Positions 21,546 through 33,515 are shown, counted from the first letter of the stretch. The stretch is 51,096 nt of DNA from Polyangia bacterium (GCA_050287845.1 JBNKCR010000089.1:1-51096), one strand, 5' to 3'. Notes: a model not told the origin generated them from the letters alone. Made by a program: numbers and translations.

Positions 21546-22046
21546 ATGACAACTGAACAGTCAACACATACATTGAGCGTTTACGTGGCCAACCGCCCGG
21601 GTGTTCTGGCGCGTATTGCCCAGGTGTTTTCAAGGCGTGGTTACAATATCGAATCCCTGGTGGTTTCCCCGGCCAAAGACGGTGAGTTCTCGCGAATGAC
21701 CATTGGACTCAGCGGTTCGGCGGACGGTCTGGAGCAGATTATCCTGCAGGTGGGTAAACTGGTCGACGTCCTCTCGTGCGTGGACCACTCTGACGACTCA
21801 GCGGTGGTTCGCGAAATGGCGCTGGTGAAAGTGCGGGTGGACGCCGAACACCGGGTGGAAGTTCTGCAGATTGTGGAGCACTTCGCATGCAAGACCGTGG
21901 ACCTCACCGACACATCCATGATCATCATGTCCACCGGTGCCTCCGAAAAAGTCGATGCCTTCATCCGCATGATGCGCTCCTTCGACGTCATTGAACTGGT
22001 CCGCACCGGCAAAGTCCTCATGGCCCGCGGCGACCAGCCCACCTGA
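21546..22046 (+). CDS. ilvN: Acetolactate synthase small (regulatory) subunit
   Basis: NRPGVLARI..FSRRGYNIESL ACT domain; ELVRTG; follows ilvB. Confidence 0.96.
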   Translation: MTTEQSTHTLSVYVANRPGVLARIAQVFSRRGYNIESLVVSPAKDGEFSRMTIGLSGSADGLEQIILQVGKLVDVLSCVDHSDDSAVVREMALVKVRVDAEHRVEVLQIVEHFACKTVDLTDTSMIIMSTGASEKVDAFIRMMRSFDVIELVRTGKVLMARGDQPT

Positions 22047-22079
22047 GTTTCCGACGAAATGGCCTCATTCCCTTCTTAA

Positions 22080-22329
22080 AGTCGTGCATAATGTGATTCG
22101 GCGTATGTTTTCCAATTTCCAGCAGCACCTCGCGAATTCGATCCATGTCCCGGTGGGCGTATCGCAATGGCGCCTGATTGTCCCCGGGCAGATTGGACCC
22201 GGCGAGCAGCGCGAAAAAATGGTCATTCCCGGCAGAATCGGCCGGTTCATCGTTGGCCAGACTGCTTTTTGCAAATGCGACTGTAAACAGCGTGGTAAGG
22301 ACAAAAACATATGACGATAGTATTTTCAT
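22080..22329 (-). pseudogene. Truncated N-terminus of an exported caspase-family (peptidase C14) protein
   Basis: Signal peptide, then FALLAGSN...LRYAHRDMDRIREVLLEIG, resembling the start of myxobacterial caspase-like domains. No SGH or DAC catalytic motifs; the frame runs into ilvN. Confidence 0.55.
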
Positions 22330-22593
22330 GGCGAAATCCATTTCCTTCAGTTTTGCAGCTTTCATCAAGCCAGACATTTGCTACACGCACAAGCGGCCAA
22401 CCTGTGGGAACCTCTTTTTCAATTTCTACCCAAATTTGTTCCCGAATGTAGTCGACACCCATCGACATGGGGAATCGATACAGAATCTGATTGATGCTGA
22501 ATTTCGCTGAATTGGCCGCCGCCCGCTGAAAAATGACTCCTTACCGGGTAAAATGTTTACAATGGAAGAGATGATATCTGTGAAAGGGAGCCA

Positions 22594-24111
22594 ATGCACC
22601 ACAACTTGTCTTTAATTTTATTATTGACCTTTTTTATTCTTTCTTCAGGTTGCTCAGACAAATCATCGTCAGCGGCGGAGGCCACGGACACAGACAACAC
22701 CGGTCATACCGATACCGATTCAGATACCGACTCAGACTCAGATTCTGATTCGGACACCGACTCCGATTCAGACACCGATACCGATACAGATACCGATTCC
22801 GATACCGATTCAGATACCGACACCGTCTCCGACACCGAGACGTCACAGGATTCTGACACACTGATTTCAGATGACATGAAACACAGCGACTGTGTCTATG
22901 TGCCACGGGAAATCGACCCCATGGAGCTGCCGGAGGCCAATCTGACGGTGAATATCAATATCACCGCAGAGCAGATGGCTGTCCTTGATGAGAATCCGTT
23001 CGATGCAGAGGATCAGATTGGCAGCTTTGAAGATGCGGCTGGCACGCTGTACTCAGACATCGACATCAATTATCGGGGCGCCTATGGGCTTCAGACATTG
23101 ATGCGCGGCGAGGAAACCAGTGATCTGCGCAACTGGAAAGTGAAATTCACAGATGACCAGCCATATCGCAATCGCCGGGAATGGAACTTTAACTGGGAAC
23201 CCCACCTGCGACAGCAGATGGCCCTGGACCTGTTCAAGTTCAATGGGGTTGCGGTTCCCTCGGCCCGGCACGTGAAGCTGAGTGTGAACGGGGTTATCCA
23301 GGGTACTTATCTCGAATACGAAGATCCGGACAACAGGGACTGGCTCTGCGATATGTTTGGCCACGACAACGGTGATCTGTTCAAGGCGGCGTACGACCTT
23401 CCCGGAAAAGAAAACTACTTTGGCTCCCTGGAGATTCTGGGCAGTGAAGACGCCGACTACCGGCCAAACTACAGCAAGAAAACCAATCACAAGGTGGCCC
23501 CCGATGATTTCAGCGTGCTGCGTACATTCATTGAGGATTTAAACAACACGCCGGACGCGGCGTTCGAGCAATGGCTGGATACCCATTTCGATGTGGACTC
23601 GTTCATCGCCTATCTGGTGGTGTCCAACTTCATATCCAACTGGGACTCCTATCCCCAGCGCCCGAAAAACTACTGGCTCTACGAGGATCTTCACCAGAAC
23701 AAAATAGTCTTTATTCCATGGGATCTGGATGCCACGTTTGAAGAGCAGTATGAAGCATTGCCGGGATTTCCAATATACAACCAGATGGGCACGGAGTGTT
23801 CCATTCTGTACAACCTCACAACTCAGGAATACGATCCGCCCATCGAAAAAGAAGGTGTTGAACGACCGCTGGTGCGACGCATGATGGTCATCGACAAATA
23901 CATGGATGCTTACGTGGCCAACTACCGCAGTGCCATCGACACCATTTTCAACCCCGAATATCTGATCGATCGCATCGAGCAGCTGACCGCCCGGATTGGC
24001 GAAGATTTGTCAATGCGTGACCAGGAGGCTCTTGATGAAGCCAATGAGCAGATGAAAGAATACCTGCAGCTTCGCCACGACTTCATCGCCGCGGAACTTG
24101 ACGCACTGTGA
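22594..24111 (+). CDS. CotH kinase family lipoprotein with (DS/DT)n linker
   Basis: Lipobox SSGC; YRG, NWKVKF, GDLFKA, NWDSY...KNYWLY, FIPWDLDATF. Confidence 0.9.
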   Translation: MHHNLSLILLLTFFILSSGCSDKSSSAAEATDTDNTGHTDTDSDTDSDSDSDSDTDSDSDTDTDTDTDSDTDSDTDTVSDTETSQDSDTLISDDMKHSDCVYVPREIDPMELPEANLTVNINITAEQMAVLDENPFDAEDQIGSFEDAAGTLYSDIDINYRGAYGLQTLMRGEETSDLRNWKVKFTDDQPYRNRREWNFNWEPHLRQQMALDLFKFNGVAVPSARHVKLSVNGVIQGTYLEYEDPDNRDWLCDMFGHDNGDLFKAAYDLPGKENYFGSLEILGSEDADYRPNYSKKTNHKVAPDDFSVLRTFIEDLNNTPDAAFEQWLDTHFDVDSFIAYLVVSNFISNWDSYPQRPKNYWLYEDLHQNKIVFIPWDLDATFEEQYEALPGFPIYNQMGTECSILYNLTTQEYDPPIEKEGVERPLVRRMMVIDKYMDAYVANYRSAIDTIFNPEYLIDRIEQLTARIGEDLSMRDQEALDEANEQMKEYLQLRHDFIAAELDAL

Positions 24112-24133
24112 AACTGAAATCTTTTTAATGGAT

Positions 24134-24180
24134 TGCAGGGGCGAAAATAATTGCAGGGGTGAAAAATGTTTCGCCTCTAC
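24134..24180. repeat. GTAG-type REP hairpin with a duplicated left arm
   Basis: TGCAGGGGCGAAAATAATTGCAGGGGTGAAAAATGTTTCGCCTCTAC. Confidence 0.65.
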
Positions 24181-24207
24181 GGGCCTTTTCACGCTGTCCG
24201 GAAGATC

Positions 24208-24435
24208 TCAGGCGGTCTCCCTTATCGACTTGAGGTACATCTCCTCGACTCTTTTTCGAGCCCAGGGGGTTTTGCGCAAGAATTTCAGACTGGAGCGGAT
24301 GCTGGGATTTTCGGTGAAACAGCGAATCGGGATTCGGGCACCCATGGTCAAAAACCCATACGTTTCCACCAGATGGTTCAGCATGGACGCCAACGTTATT
24401 CCGTGCAGGGGATCATTGCTGTTCGAATCAATCAT
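24208..24435 (-). CDS. VF530 / DUF2132 family small protein, copy 2
   Basis: About 11 nucleotide differences in 228 nt from 4943-5170 (counted by eye); intact frame. Confidence 0.88.
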   Translation of the reverse strand: MIDSNSNDPLHGITLASMLNHLVETYGFLTMGARIPIRCFTENPSIRSSLKFLRKTPWARKRVEEMYLKSIRETA

Positions 24436-24814
24436 GGACACACTTTATGATTATTCCGCCCCCATGAAAAGCATCTTTTCAGATACATCTGGCGTCATTT
24501 CCATGGAACGGAAAGTGATGAAAATTTCGGGGATACTCCCCCCCCCCAATCGCCCCCCCAATCGCTCGGAGTCATTTTCCCGCGGCTTTGAGATGAGCTC
24601 GAAGGAATAACTTATGTGATCACCTTAACCCGGATAAACAGTAGGTGTGTAGCCGTTCGAGGCTTTGAGTATAATTCGGCTCAGGTTGTCTGAAGTGTAT
24701 TCAAACAGCAGGCTGTGGTCCTGAAAATTTGGGTCTTCGTGTTCTTTTTCTCTCACATCAATCTGTACCGGAATTAATTCCATGCTGCTCCGTCCCCGCG
24801 TTTTTTTAGTAACC

Positions 24815-24882
24815 ATCCAATAATATATCCATAAATATCCAATTAACTGGATATGTCTGCCTGTTTATGGATAATTATGGAT
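24815..24882. promoter_or_regulatory. Nested inverted ATCCA/TGGAT boxes upstream of fic, a candidate operator
   Basis: TATCCATAAA..TTTATGGATA and ATATCCA-attaac-TGGATAT; three ATCCA followed by three TGGAT. Confidence 0.35.
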
Positions 24883-24900
24883 GAATTATTGGAGGTTCAA

Positions 24901-25959
24901 ATGGACTATCTGGCGGGGTTACGTATTACACATGAACTGCTTTTGACTATCGGAGAAATTGATGAATTCAAGGGGCGGTGGGAAGCGCTGGGAAATTTGG
25001 CCCCGGAGAGGCTTTCTGCGCTTAAACGGATAGCAACTATCGAGTCAGTTGGTTCTTCCACACGGATCGAAGGTGTGAAGCTGACGGACGAGGAGGTTGA
25101 GCGGCTGTTGAGTGGCCTGGAAGTGCATTCTTTCCGATCTCGCGACGAGCAGGAAGTCGCCGGTTACGCCGATGTAATGGAACTGATTTTTGAATCCTAT
25201 GCAGATATGGCGTTGTCTGAAAACATCATCCGTCAGCTCCATGGGATGTTGTTGCGCTACGCTAAGAAAGACGGGCGTCACCGCGGCAAGTACAAAACCG
25301 TTTCAAACAACGTTGAGGCATTCGATGACATGGGACGTAGCATCGGGGTTATCTTCGAAACCGCATCTCCTTTTGATACTCCGATGTTTATGGAGACGCT
25401 GATTTCCTGGACCAATGACGCCTTGAAAAAAAAAGCGGACCATCCCCTGCTTGTCATTGCCACCTTTGTCGTCCGCTTTCTCGCAATTCATCCGTTCCAG
25501 GACGGCAACGGTCGTCTTTCTCGTGCGCTAACCACACTTCTGTTACTTCGTACCGGATATTTGTATGTGCCATACAGTTCTTTGGAACGAATCGTCGAAG
25601 ACAGTAAAAACGATTATTATCGAGCACTGCGCCGGGCGCAGACGACTCTGGACACACCTTTGGATAATAATGAATCGCAACTTATTGATTGGATAACTTT
25701 TTTTGTTCGAATTCTAAAACGGCAAAAGGATGTCCTTGAGCACAAAATTAAGCGGGAAAAACTGATGACGCCCCTTGCGCCTTTATCAGAGAAGATTCTG
25801 ACACTCGTTCGGGAGCACGGGAGAGTAACCGTAAGAGACGCCCAGACGCTGACCCAGGCCAACCGAAACACCATCAAGGAACACCTCAAGTCACTTGTAA
25901 ATGCTGGACACCTGCAAAAACGAGGTCAGGGCAGAGGCACCTGGTACGAAAAAAAATAG
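24901..25959 (+). CDS. Fic family protein with N-terminal inhibitory motif and C-terminal winged HTH
   Basis: HPFQDGNGRLSR; SSTRIEG fits (S/T)xxxE(G/N); C-terminal ...LQKRGQGRGTWY; RBS GGAGG. Confidence 0.93.
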   Translation: MDYLAGLRITHELLLTIGEIDEFKGRWEALGNLAPERLSALKRIATIESVGSSTRIEGVKLTDEEVERLLSGLEVHSFRSRDEQEVAGYADVMELIFESYADMALSENIIRQLHGMLLRYAKKDGRHRGKYKTVSNNVEAFDDMGRSIGVIFETASPFDTPMFMETLISWTNDALKKKADHPLLVIATFVVRFLAIHPFQDGNGRLSRALTTLLLLRTGYLYVPYSSLERIVEDSKNDYYRALRRAQTTLDTPLDNNESQLIDWITFFVRILKRQKDVLEHKIKREKLMTPLAPLSEKILTLVREHGRVTVRDAQTLTQANRNTIKEHLKSLVNAGHLQKRGQGRGTWYEKK

Positions 25960-25993
25960 TAAATGCTGTCTATCATTTCCGACCAAGACCAGA

Positions 25994-26076
25994 ACCTTCG
26001 GGGACGCAGACCTTCGGGGACGCAGCATTAACTTTCGGGGACGCAGCATTAAAACTTTCGGGGACGCAGCATTAAA
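25994..26076 (+). repeat. Four tandem copies of AC(C/T)TTCGGGGACGCAG(CATTA)
   Basis: Directly visible; same core as 31643-31742. Confidence 0.92.
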
Positions 26077-26572
26077 AGAACAAGGAATCTCATCCCTTCT
26101 TATACTGCAGGCCAGGCATTGGCTGCTTTTCATGGGGAACCCTCTACGGCATATCATTCCAGAAGCGCGATATGGCAGTCTGACACACTTTACTCTCGTT
26201 CCCCGGGTTTTTTTCCATAGCAAAAGGTCGACCAAACAGCCTATATTTTTCGAATCGATGGTGGGCTGAACCGAAATAACAGGCTTGCTTTTCTTCTGCG
26301 TGCCAAAAAGATTGCCCTTTTTTGCAGGTTTCAGACACATAAAACTGTAAATGGCTCCTGCCAGGCAAAACAGCAGAAATTTGAGCTGTTTTTTTTAGGG
26401 AGGAAAGCTAAAACGTTTCAGGTGGATCGCATGAGGAATATTTTTTTCGTACGCCAATATAAAAACCGTCTTTTTAAAGCCGTATCTGGCGCGAACGAGA
26501 GTTGATTTTACCCCAGAAATTACGGGGTATTGAACGCCACTTTGGTGGCAGCACAATTGGAGGCACTTACTC

Positions 26573-28501
<1,929 letters not shown>

Positions 28502-28661
28502 TTCCCTTCTTCAATTATCATCTTCGTTGCCCCTCAATACGCACAGCATAGTTTCCCGGGGACGTTTCTGTTCAGGGACGCTGTCCGTACAATTATGCCT
28601 GTCTGGAATTTCCAGATTCGTGTACTCTACAGCGGCGACAGGATAAACAGGATGTAACAAA

Positions 28662-29552
28662 ATGAAGTCACTGAGAGATTATAAGACGAATTTTATAATC
28701 GCATTTGTCGTATTGCTGCCGGCGTGTGGGGCGATTTCGGTTAAACTGGCCCCAAAAGAGGCGGAAAAACAACCCTTGTATCCCGGACCGTGCAGTATTA
28801 CCGATGTGGAAAAAAAGACGACTCGAAAGTTTGAGTACGATGATTACAAACAGATTTCCAAAATGTCCGGACCAGGATTCAGTGCGGCGTACACGTATGA
28901 TGAGCGGGGCAATATTACCAGCAAACACATCAGCAATCGGATGATGGACGCCACGTTTCAATACACATGGGATGAGTTCAACAATGTGACGCACGTAAAA
29001 TACACGCCCGTTGCCACACCCGAAAAGTCGCTGGCGTATGTTATCGAACTTGAGTATGTGGGAACGCCTCTGGATTCCGCGCCAGTGACGGCAGTGAATT
29101 ACCATAAGGACGGGTTTCCCAATGCCCATTTTTTTGAAGTACGGTTTAATATTGCGCTGTTGGCATTACCTGAGGATATGACAGTGACTAAAAAAATCCA
29201 GGTCGACGATTCGGGTAGACCTGTAACAATAAAAGTCCAGCGGGGGAACAGTGACGGCGCAGGTTGTGAACCGAGTACGGTTCAAGTGACATACAACGAC
29301 AAAGGGTTGGTAAAAAAGATAGCGCAGACCAACGGCATCTATCCAGAACATCCCGACATCCGGGAATTTACATACGATGACGCCAACCGGCCGGTACTGA
29401 TTGTTGATAGCATATGGGGAGATGGCAAGTATTTTAAAAAAAATATTGAGCACACCTATGACAGCGCCGGCAACACCCTCAGCGTTAAAGAGTTTGAGGA
29501 AGGAAACACCGTTCGCTTCGAAAAATACGATTACAGCTGCTGGGCGCCCTGA
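28662..29552 (+). CDS. Lipoprotein with YD/RHS-like repeats
   Basis: Lipobox LPAC; YTYDERGNIT, FTYDDANRP, HTYDSAGNTL. Confidence 0.7.
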   Translation: MKSLRDYKTNFIIAFVVLLPACGAISVKLAPKEAEKQPLYPGPCSITDVEKKTTRKFEYDDYKQISKMSGPGFSAAYTYDERGNITSKHISNRMMDATFQYTWDEFNNVTHVKYTPVATPEKSLAYVIELEYVGTPLDSAPVTAVNYHKDGFPNAHFFEVRFNIALLALPEDMTVTKKIQVDDSGRPVTIKVQRGNSDGAGCEPSTVQVTYNDKGLVKKIAQTNGIYPEHPDIREFTYDDANRPVLIVDSIWGDGKYFKKNIEHTYDSAGNTLSVKEFEEGNTVRFEKYDYSCWAP

Positions 29553-29661
29553 CCGTTGGTCCCAACCTCAATCGCCCAACCTCAATCGCTCGGAGTCATT
29601 TTTCCAGGTCATTTTTCCAGGAACCTGACGCACTGTGAAACTGCAATCCTTCAGATCAATT

Positions 29662-29688
29662 GTATGGGCGAAAAATCTTTCGCCCCTC
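29662..29688. repeat. GTAG-type REP hairpin
   Basis: GTATGGGCGAAAAATCTTTCGCCCCTC. Confidence 0.65.
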
Positions 29689-29743
29689 CTGATCCGTCCC
29701 CGGGTTTCCTCCACAATTGACACCTTTGGGGATGATGAGCCAG

Positions 29744-30715
29744 TCAATTTTGTGAAAATCGCTTTCGATACCCGCCCGGGGTTATCCCGTTTCTTTTTTT
29801 AAACAGGTCTCGAAACGAATTGACATCCTGGTATCCGACTTTCCAGGTGATTTCCTCAAAGGAATGTTGTGTTTTTTCAAGCAGCTCTTTGGCCGCATGC
29901 AGCCGCTGTTCCTGAAGATATTGAAGCGGGGTATACCCCGTCGCCTTTTTGAATCGACGAATCAGATTTCTTTCGCTCATACCCGCCTTGTCAATCATGT
30001 CCTGCAGACAGATGGGGTGCGTGTGGTTTTCTTCCATCCATGTCTGCAGTGAGCGTATCTGTTCGTCCGGATGTGACTTTGGGAGCATGCTGATTCGATA
30101 GGGGGCCTGGCTGTCGCGCCCTGGTTCGATAAGCATAAAACTGCTGGTATACCGGGCCAGCGTAGTGGACCCAAATAATTCAATCAGAAAAAGTCCCAGT
30201 TCCTGCCAGGATGATACGCCCCCTGTTGTAATAATGTTTTCGTCACGTACCAAGAGTTGATTCGGTACCCAACGAACCGAAGGAAACGCCTCGCGAAAAG
30301 GAGCTATGAGATTCCAGTGGGTGGTCGCCTTTTTGTCTGTCAAAATGCCTGCGGCGGCAAGAAAGCAGCTTCCCGCGCACACGGAACAAATAACCGTTCC
30401 CTTATTTTTAATGGACCGCAACTTTTTGGAAAAAAGCGGGACATGGCGAACCGTCCTGCTGTCAAGCATGCCCGGTATGATTAGCACATCCGGAGTGCGC
30501 ATGGTTTTCAATGCACCATCCGGAACAATTGACCGGCCGTTTCCCGCCTTTATTGCAGCGCCATCCCAGCTGACCAGGCGGGTTTCGAAACGCCCTTTCA
30601 TATCACTGACAATCTGAAACTGCCGGTTCAAATGATTGGCCACCGCAAACATGTCGCAGAGCCCCACGGCTGTGGAATACATGCAATTTTCATAAATATA
30701 AATGCCAATGCGCAT
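29744..30715 (-). CDS. GlxA-family transcriptional regulator (DJ-1/PfpI + AraC HTH)
   Basis: SVCAGS, ATTHW, MSERNLIRRFKKATG.TP, VGYQD...FR; RBS GGAGG. Confidence 0.94.
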   Translation of the reverse strand: MRIGIYIYENCMYSTAVGLCDMFAVANHLNRQFQIVSDMKGRFETRLVSWDGAAIKAGNGRSIVPDGALKTMRTPDVLIIPGMLDSRTVRHVPLFSKKLRSIKNKGTVICSVCAGSCFLAAAGILTDKKATTHWNLIAPFREAFPSVRWVPNQLLVRDENIITTGGVSSWQELGLFLIELFGSTTLARYTSSFMLIEPGRDSQAPYRISMLPKSHPDEQIRSLQTWMEENHTHPICLQDMIDKAGMSERNLIRRFKKATGYTPLQYLQEQRLHAAKELLEKTQHSFEEITWKVGYQDVNSFRDLFKKRNGITPGGYRKRFSQN

Positions 30716-30915
30716 GTGGGCCTCCTTTGGTGGATGTAAAAAACGACACTGTCAGTTATCGCATGTTTAATGTCATTTTTGCCACCTGTCAACGCGCTGG
30801 CCGATGCGTATGTTTGTTGCAACACGGTCATGAAAAAGCAGGCCGGTGCAAAAGTATTCACAATAGAGTTCATCTCAAATTTGAAATGAACTCTGGATAA
30901 ACAAAGGAGTTCGCC

Positions 30916-31452
30916 ATGAATAACGCATTGATTATTGTAGATGTGCAGATGGATTATTTTTCCCCAAATGGGAGGTTTCCTCTGGATGGAAGCCTGAAGG
31001 CAGCAGAAGCGGCAGGGAGACTCATTTCTCATTTCCGAGAAAACAACCTGCCGATCATTCATATCAGGCACCTCAGTCCGGAAGGTTTTCCCTTGCTGGT
31101 AGACGGCACGAGCGGCACAAACCACCATCCTCTGGTGGCGCCCCTGGATGGCGAAACAGTCGTCGACAAACGAACCCCCAACGCCTTTTTTCAGACAGAA
31201 CTGGCCAACCATTTGAGAGGTTGTGGCGCAAAGACCGTCACAATCATCGGTTTCATGGCGAATATGTGTGTCGATGCGACGGCCAGAAGCGCCAGAGAGC
31301 ACGGATTTGAAGTGGAAGTCGTACCTGAAGCTGTGGCGGCCTGCCCCATAGCTGATGTCTCGGCGAAGGACGTAAAAACCGCTTTTCTTGGTGCCCTGGA
31401 TGGTTTTATCGCGAAGCTTGTCCCTTTAAAAGAAAAGCTCGCGGGTGAATAA
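30916..31452 (+). CDS. Cysteine hydrolase (isochorismatase family)
   Basis: ALIIVDVQMDYF, K.TPNAF, NMCVDATAR; divergent from the GlxA regulator. Confidence 0.93.
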   Translation: MNNALIIVDVQMDYFSPNGRFPLDGSLKAAEAAGRLISHFRENNLPIIHIRHLSPEGFPLLVDGTSGTNHHPLVAPLDGETVVDKRTPNAFFQTELANHLRGCGAKTVTIIGFMANMCVDATARSAREHGFEVEVVPEAVAACPIADVSAKDVKTAFLGALDGFIAKLVPLKEKLAGE

Positions 31453-31642
31453 CCGGTTGTTTCAGTGCCCAGTCAAAAACATCGAAATAAACGCGAGAAA
31501 AAAATCGGGGACTCAGCATCGGGACGTTTCGCTTTCCAGGCTTTTTCTGTTTGCTCACAGAAAAATGTCCTGCCGAACAATCTATTCACCACATATGCTA
31601 ATTTCCGGAGATGGGCATCCCCCTTTGGCCATGCAGTCGCAG

Positions 31643-31827
31643 AACCTCCGGGGACACAGCACTACAGATGAACCTCCGGGGACGCAGCACTACAGATAAC
31701 CTCCGGGGACGCAGCACCTCCGGGGACGCAGCACTACAGATGGGGGCACCACCAACAACCTTGCGATCCATGTCGTCAGCATCAGTTGGTGTCAGCCAGA
31801 ATAAAGTGATGCTCCGTCCCCGGGTTT
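31643..31827. repeat. Four tandem AACCTCCGGGGAC(G/A)CAGCACTACAGA units plus an inverted copy (REPIN-like doublet)
   Basis: Tandem units at 31643-31742. 31806-31827 reads AAACCCGGGGACGGAGCATCAC on the minus strand. Confidence 0.88.
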
Positions 31828-32001
31828 CGTAAAAATTGTTTTTTTGTCGTACTGGATGGCAAAGGTAAGATTGTATGCCGCGAGGAAGTCGCGACGGCCG
31901 AAAGTACCATTCTTCAATTTGTAAATCAATTCTCGGGCGAAGTTCACCTGGCAACCAGGCGCGTCTATCCGCAATGGGGAAACACTCGTCTAAAAAACGT
32001 G

Positions 32002-32030
32002 TTGACGGCATCGATAATATTCCCTATTAT
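32002..32030 (+). promoter_or_regulatory. Candidate sigma70 promoter
   Basis: TTGACG-17 nt-TATTAT, about 60 nt upstream of the 32090 start. Confidence 0.5.
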
Positions 32031-32089
32031 TACCCTATGTGCCTCAAAACAACCCGAACTAAGATCAATACGTAACAATTGGGAGCAAT

Positions 32090-32551
32090 ATGATGAAAGC
32101 AAAATACTATACGGTTGAAGAGGTGGCCGAACTGATAAACAGCCATCCCAAAACCATTCAGCGATATATTCGGGAAGGCCGTTTAAAAGCTCAAAAAATT
32201 GGCCGGCGATGGCAGATTTCCGGGCATGATCTGAGTGTGTTTGTCGAGGGGACCGACGATTCCGTCCAGGCTGGTTCGTCGGTTGGCGTGCAAACAATAT
32301 TTGAAAGCGCGACAAGGGCTGTCAGCGTGTCTACTGTCATTGATATTCCCGTTAACGACATAACCGAAGCGGCCCGCATCCTGAACTGGCTGACAGCGTC
32401 GGTTCATTCGAGAGAGCGGGATGACAGTTACACTACGATGAGCTCTCAGTACATTAAGTCGGAGCGGAAAGTGCGGGTGATGCTTTGGGGAAACCTTCGC
32501 TTTATGCAAATCGTCATTGATTCTTTAAGTGAACTGCAAGGCGAGGCGTAA
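32090..32551 (+). CDS. Excisionase/MerR-type HTH DNA-binding protein
   Basis: YYTVEEVAELI..HPKTIQRYIREGRLKAQKIGRRWQI. Confidence 0.88.
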   Translation: MMKAKYYTVEEVAELINSHPKTIQRYIREGRLKAQKIGRRWQISGHDLSVFVEGTDDSVQAGSSVGVQTIFESATRAVSVSTVIDIPVNDITEAARILNWLTASVHSRERDDSYTTMSSQYIKSERKVRVMLWGNLRFMQIVIDSLSELQGEA

Positions 32552-32552
32552 C

Positions 32553-33479
32553 ATGCCACAGAGAACATCGAATACGACACGTTCGCATACCACCTCGACC
32601 TTTAAGTCGGCGGAAGGGCGAACCCGGATTCTGGCGCATTACGACAGGCTTCTCGCAAAGGTCGATTTTAATTACCGGGAACGTTATGTGAACACGCGAT
32701 TTGGCGCGACTTACATTCTGGAATCCGGAGAAGAATCGCTACCGCCATTGATTCTGTTGCATGGCTCCACCAGCAACAGCGCTGTGTGGTTTGGGGACAT
32801 AAAGACGCTTTCTGTTGATTTCAGGGTATTCAGCATAGACCTCATTGGTGATGCGGGACACAGCGCGGAGACGCGGCCGGATGTAAAATCCGACGGATAT
32901 GCCATGTGGCTGTATGACGTGTTTGAACAATTGAATCTTACAAAAAGTTTCATCATGGGCATTTCTCTCGGTGCCTGGATCGCTGTTAAATTCGCGTCGT
33001 GTTTTCCGGAAAAAACAGATAAGCTCGCCATCCTTGCTGCCAGCGGAATTGCTCCGATACGGCTGGCATTCATTGTAAGAGTGCTGCTGTATGGCATGAG
33101 CGGAGGCATGGGTAAAAAGGCCATTGAGCGAATGGTGTTTGGTAAGGACCTCATTCCGAAAGATGCCCGCGATTTTATGACAACAATCACGCAGAACTAC
33201 AGGCCCTATACGGGTGCGCTGCCTGTTTTTTCGAATGCAGAGTTGCGTAGATTGACAATGCCGCTGCTGTATATTGGCGGCGAGGAAGACGCGCTGACGC
33301 ACGTCCCTGAATCGGCAAAGAGACTACGCAAATTCGTCCCAAATTCGACGACCTGTGTCCTTGAAAACAGAGGACATGTTGTTATGGCTGTATTGGATAA
33401 GGTCGTTCCGTTTTTTAAAAAAGCAAAAAGCGATTTATACGATACTGCTGATATGAATACGAATGATGCGACTTCTTAA
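32553..33479 (+). CDS. Alpha/beta hydrolase
   Basis: LLHGS, GISLG nucleophile elbow, GGEED, RGH; coupled to the HTH gene. Confidence 0.9.
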   Translation: MPQRTSNTTRSHTTSTFKSAEGRTRILAHYDRLLAKVDFNYRERYVNTRFGATYILESGEESLPPLILLHGSTSNSAVWFGDIKTLSVDFRVFSIDLIGDAGHSAETRPDVKSDGYAMWLYDVFEQLNLTKSFIMGISLGAWIAVKFASCFPEKTDKLAILAASGIAPIRLAFIVRVLLYGMSGGMGKKAIERMVFGKDLIPKDARDFMTTITQNYRPYTGALPVFSNAELRRLTMPLLYIGGEEDALTHVPESAKRLRKFVPNSTTCVLENRGHVVMAVLDKVVPFFKKAKSDLYDTADMNTNDATS

Positions 33480-33515
33480 ATCTGGGGGCTTTCGCAATCA
33501 CCAAACAAAACAAGA

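Noticed and set aside
24625..24816. Short ORFs in intergenic gaps (also 5491-5721, 49021-49278, 50180-50509, 35077-35571)
   Set aside because: No recognisable motifs or clear RBS; they cannot be supported as genes without a search.
25994..26076. Tandem repeats here, at 31643-31742 and at 1147-1422 as CRISPR arrays
   Set aside because: Units abut or are irregularly spaced with no unique 25-45 nt spacers, and no cas genes are present.
32090..32551. Excisionase-like HTH as evidence of a prophage or ICE
   Set aside because: No integrase, att-bearing tRNA or phage genes; it is coupled to a hydrolase like a local regulator.
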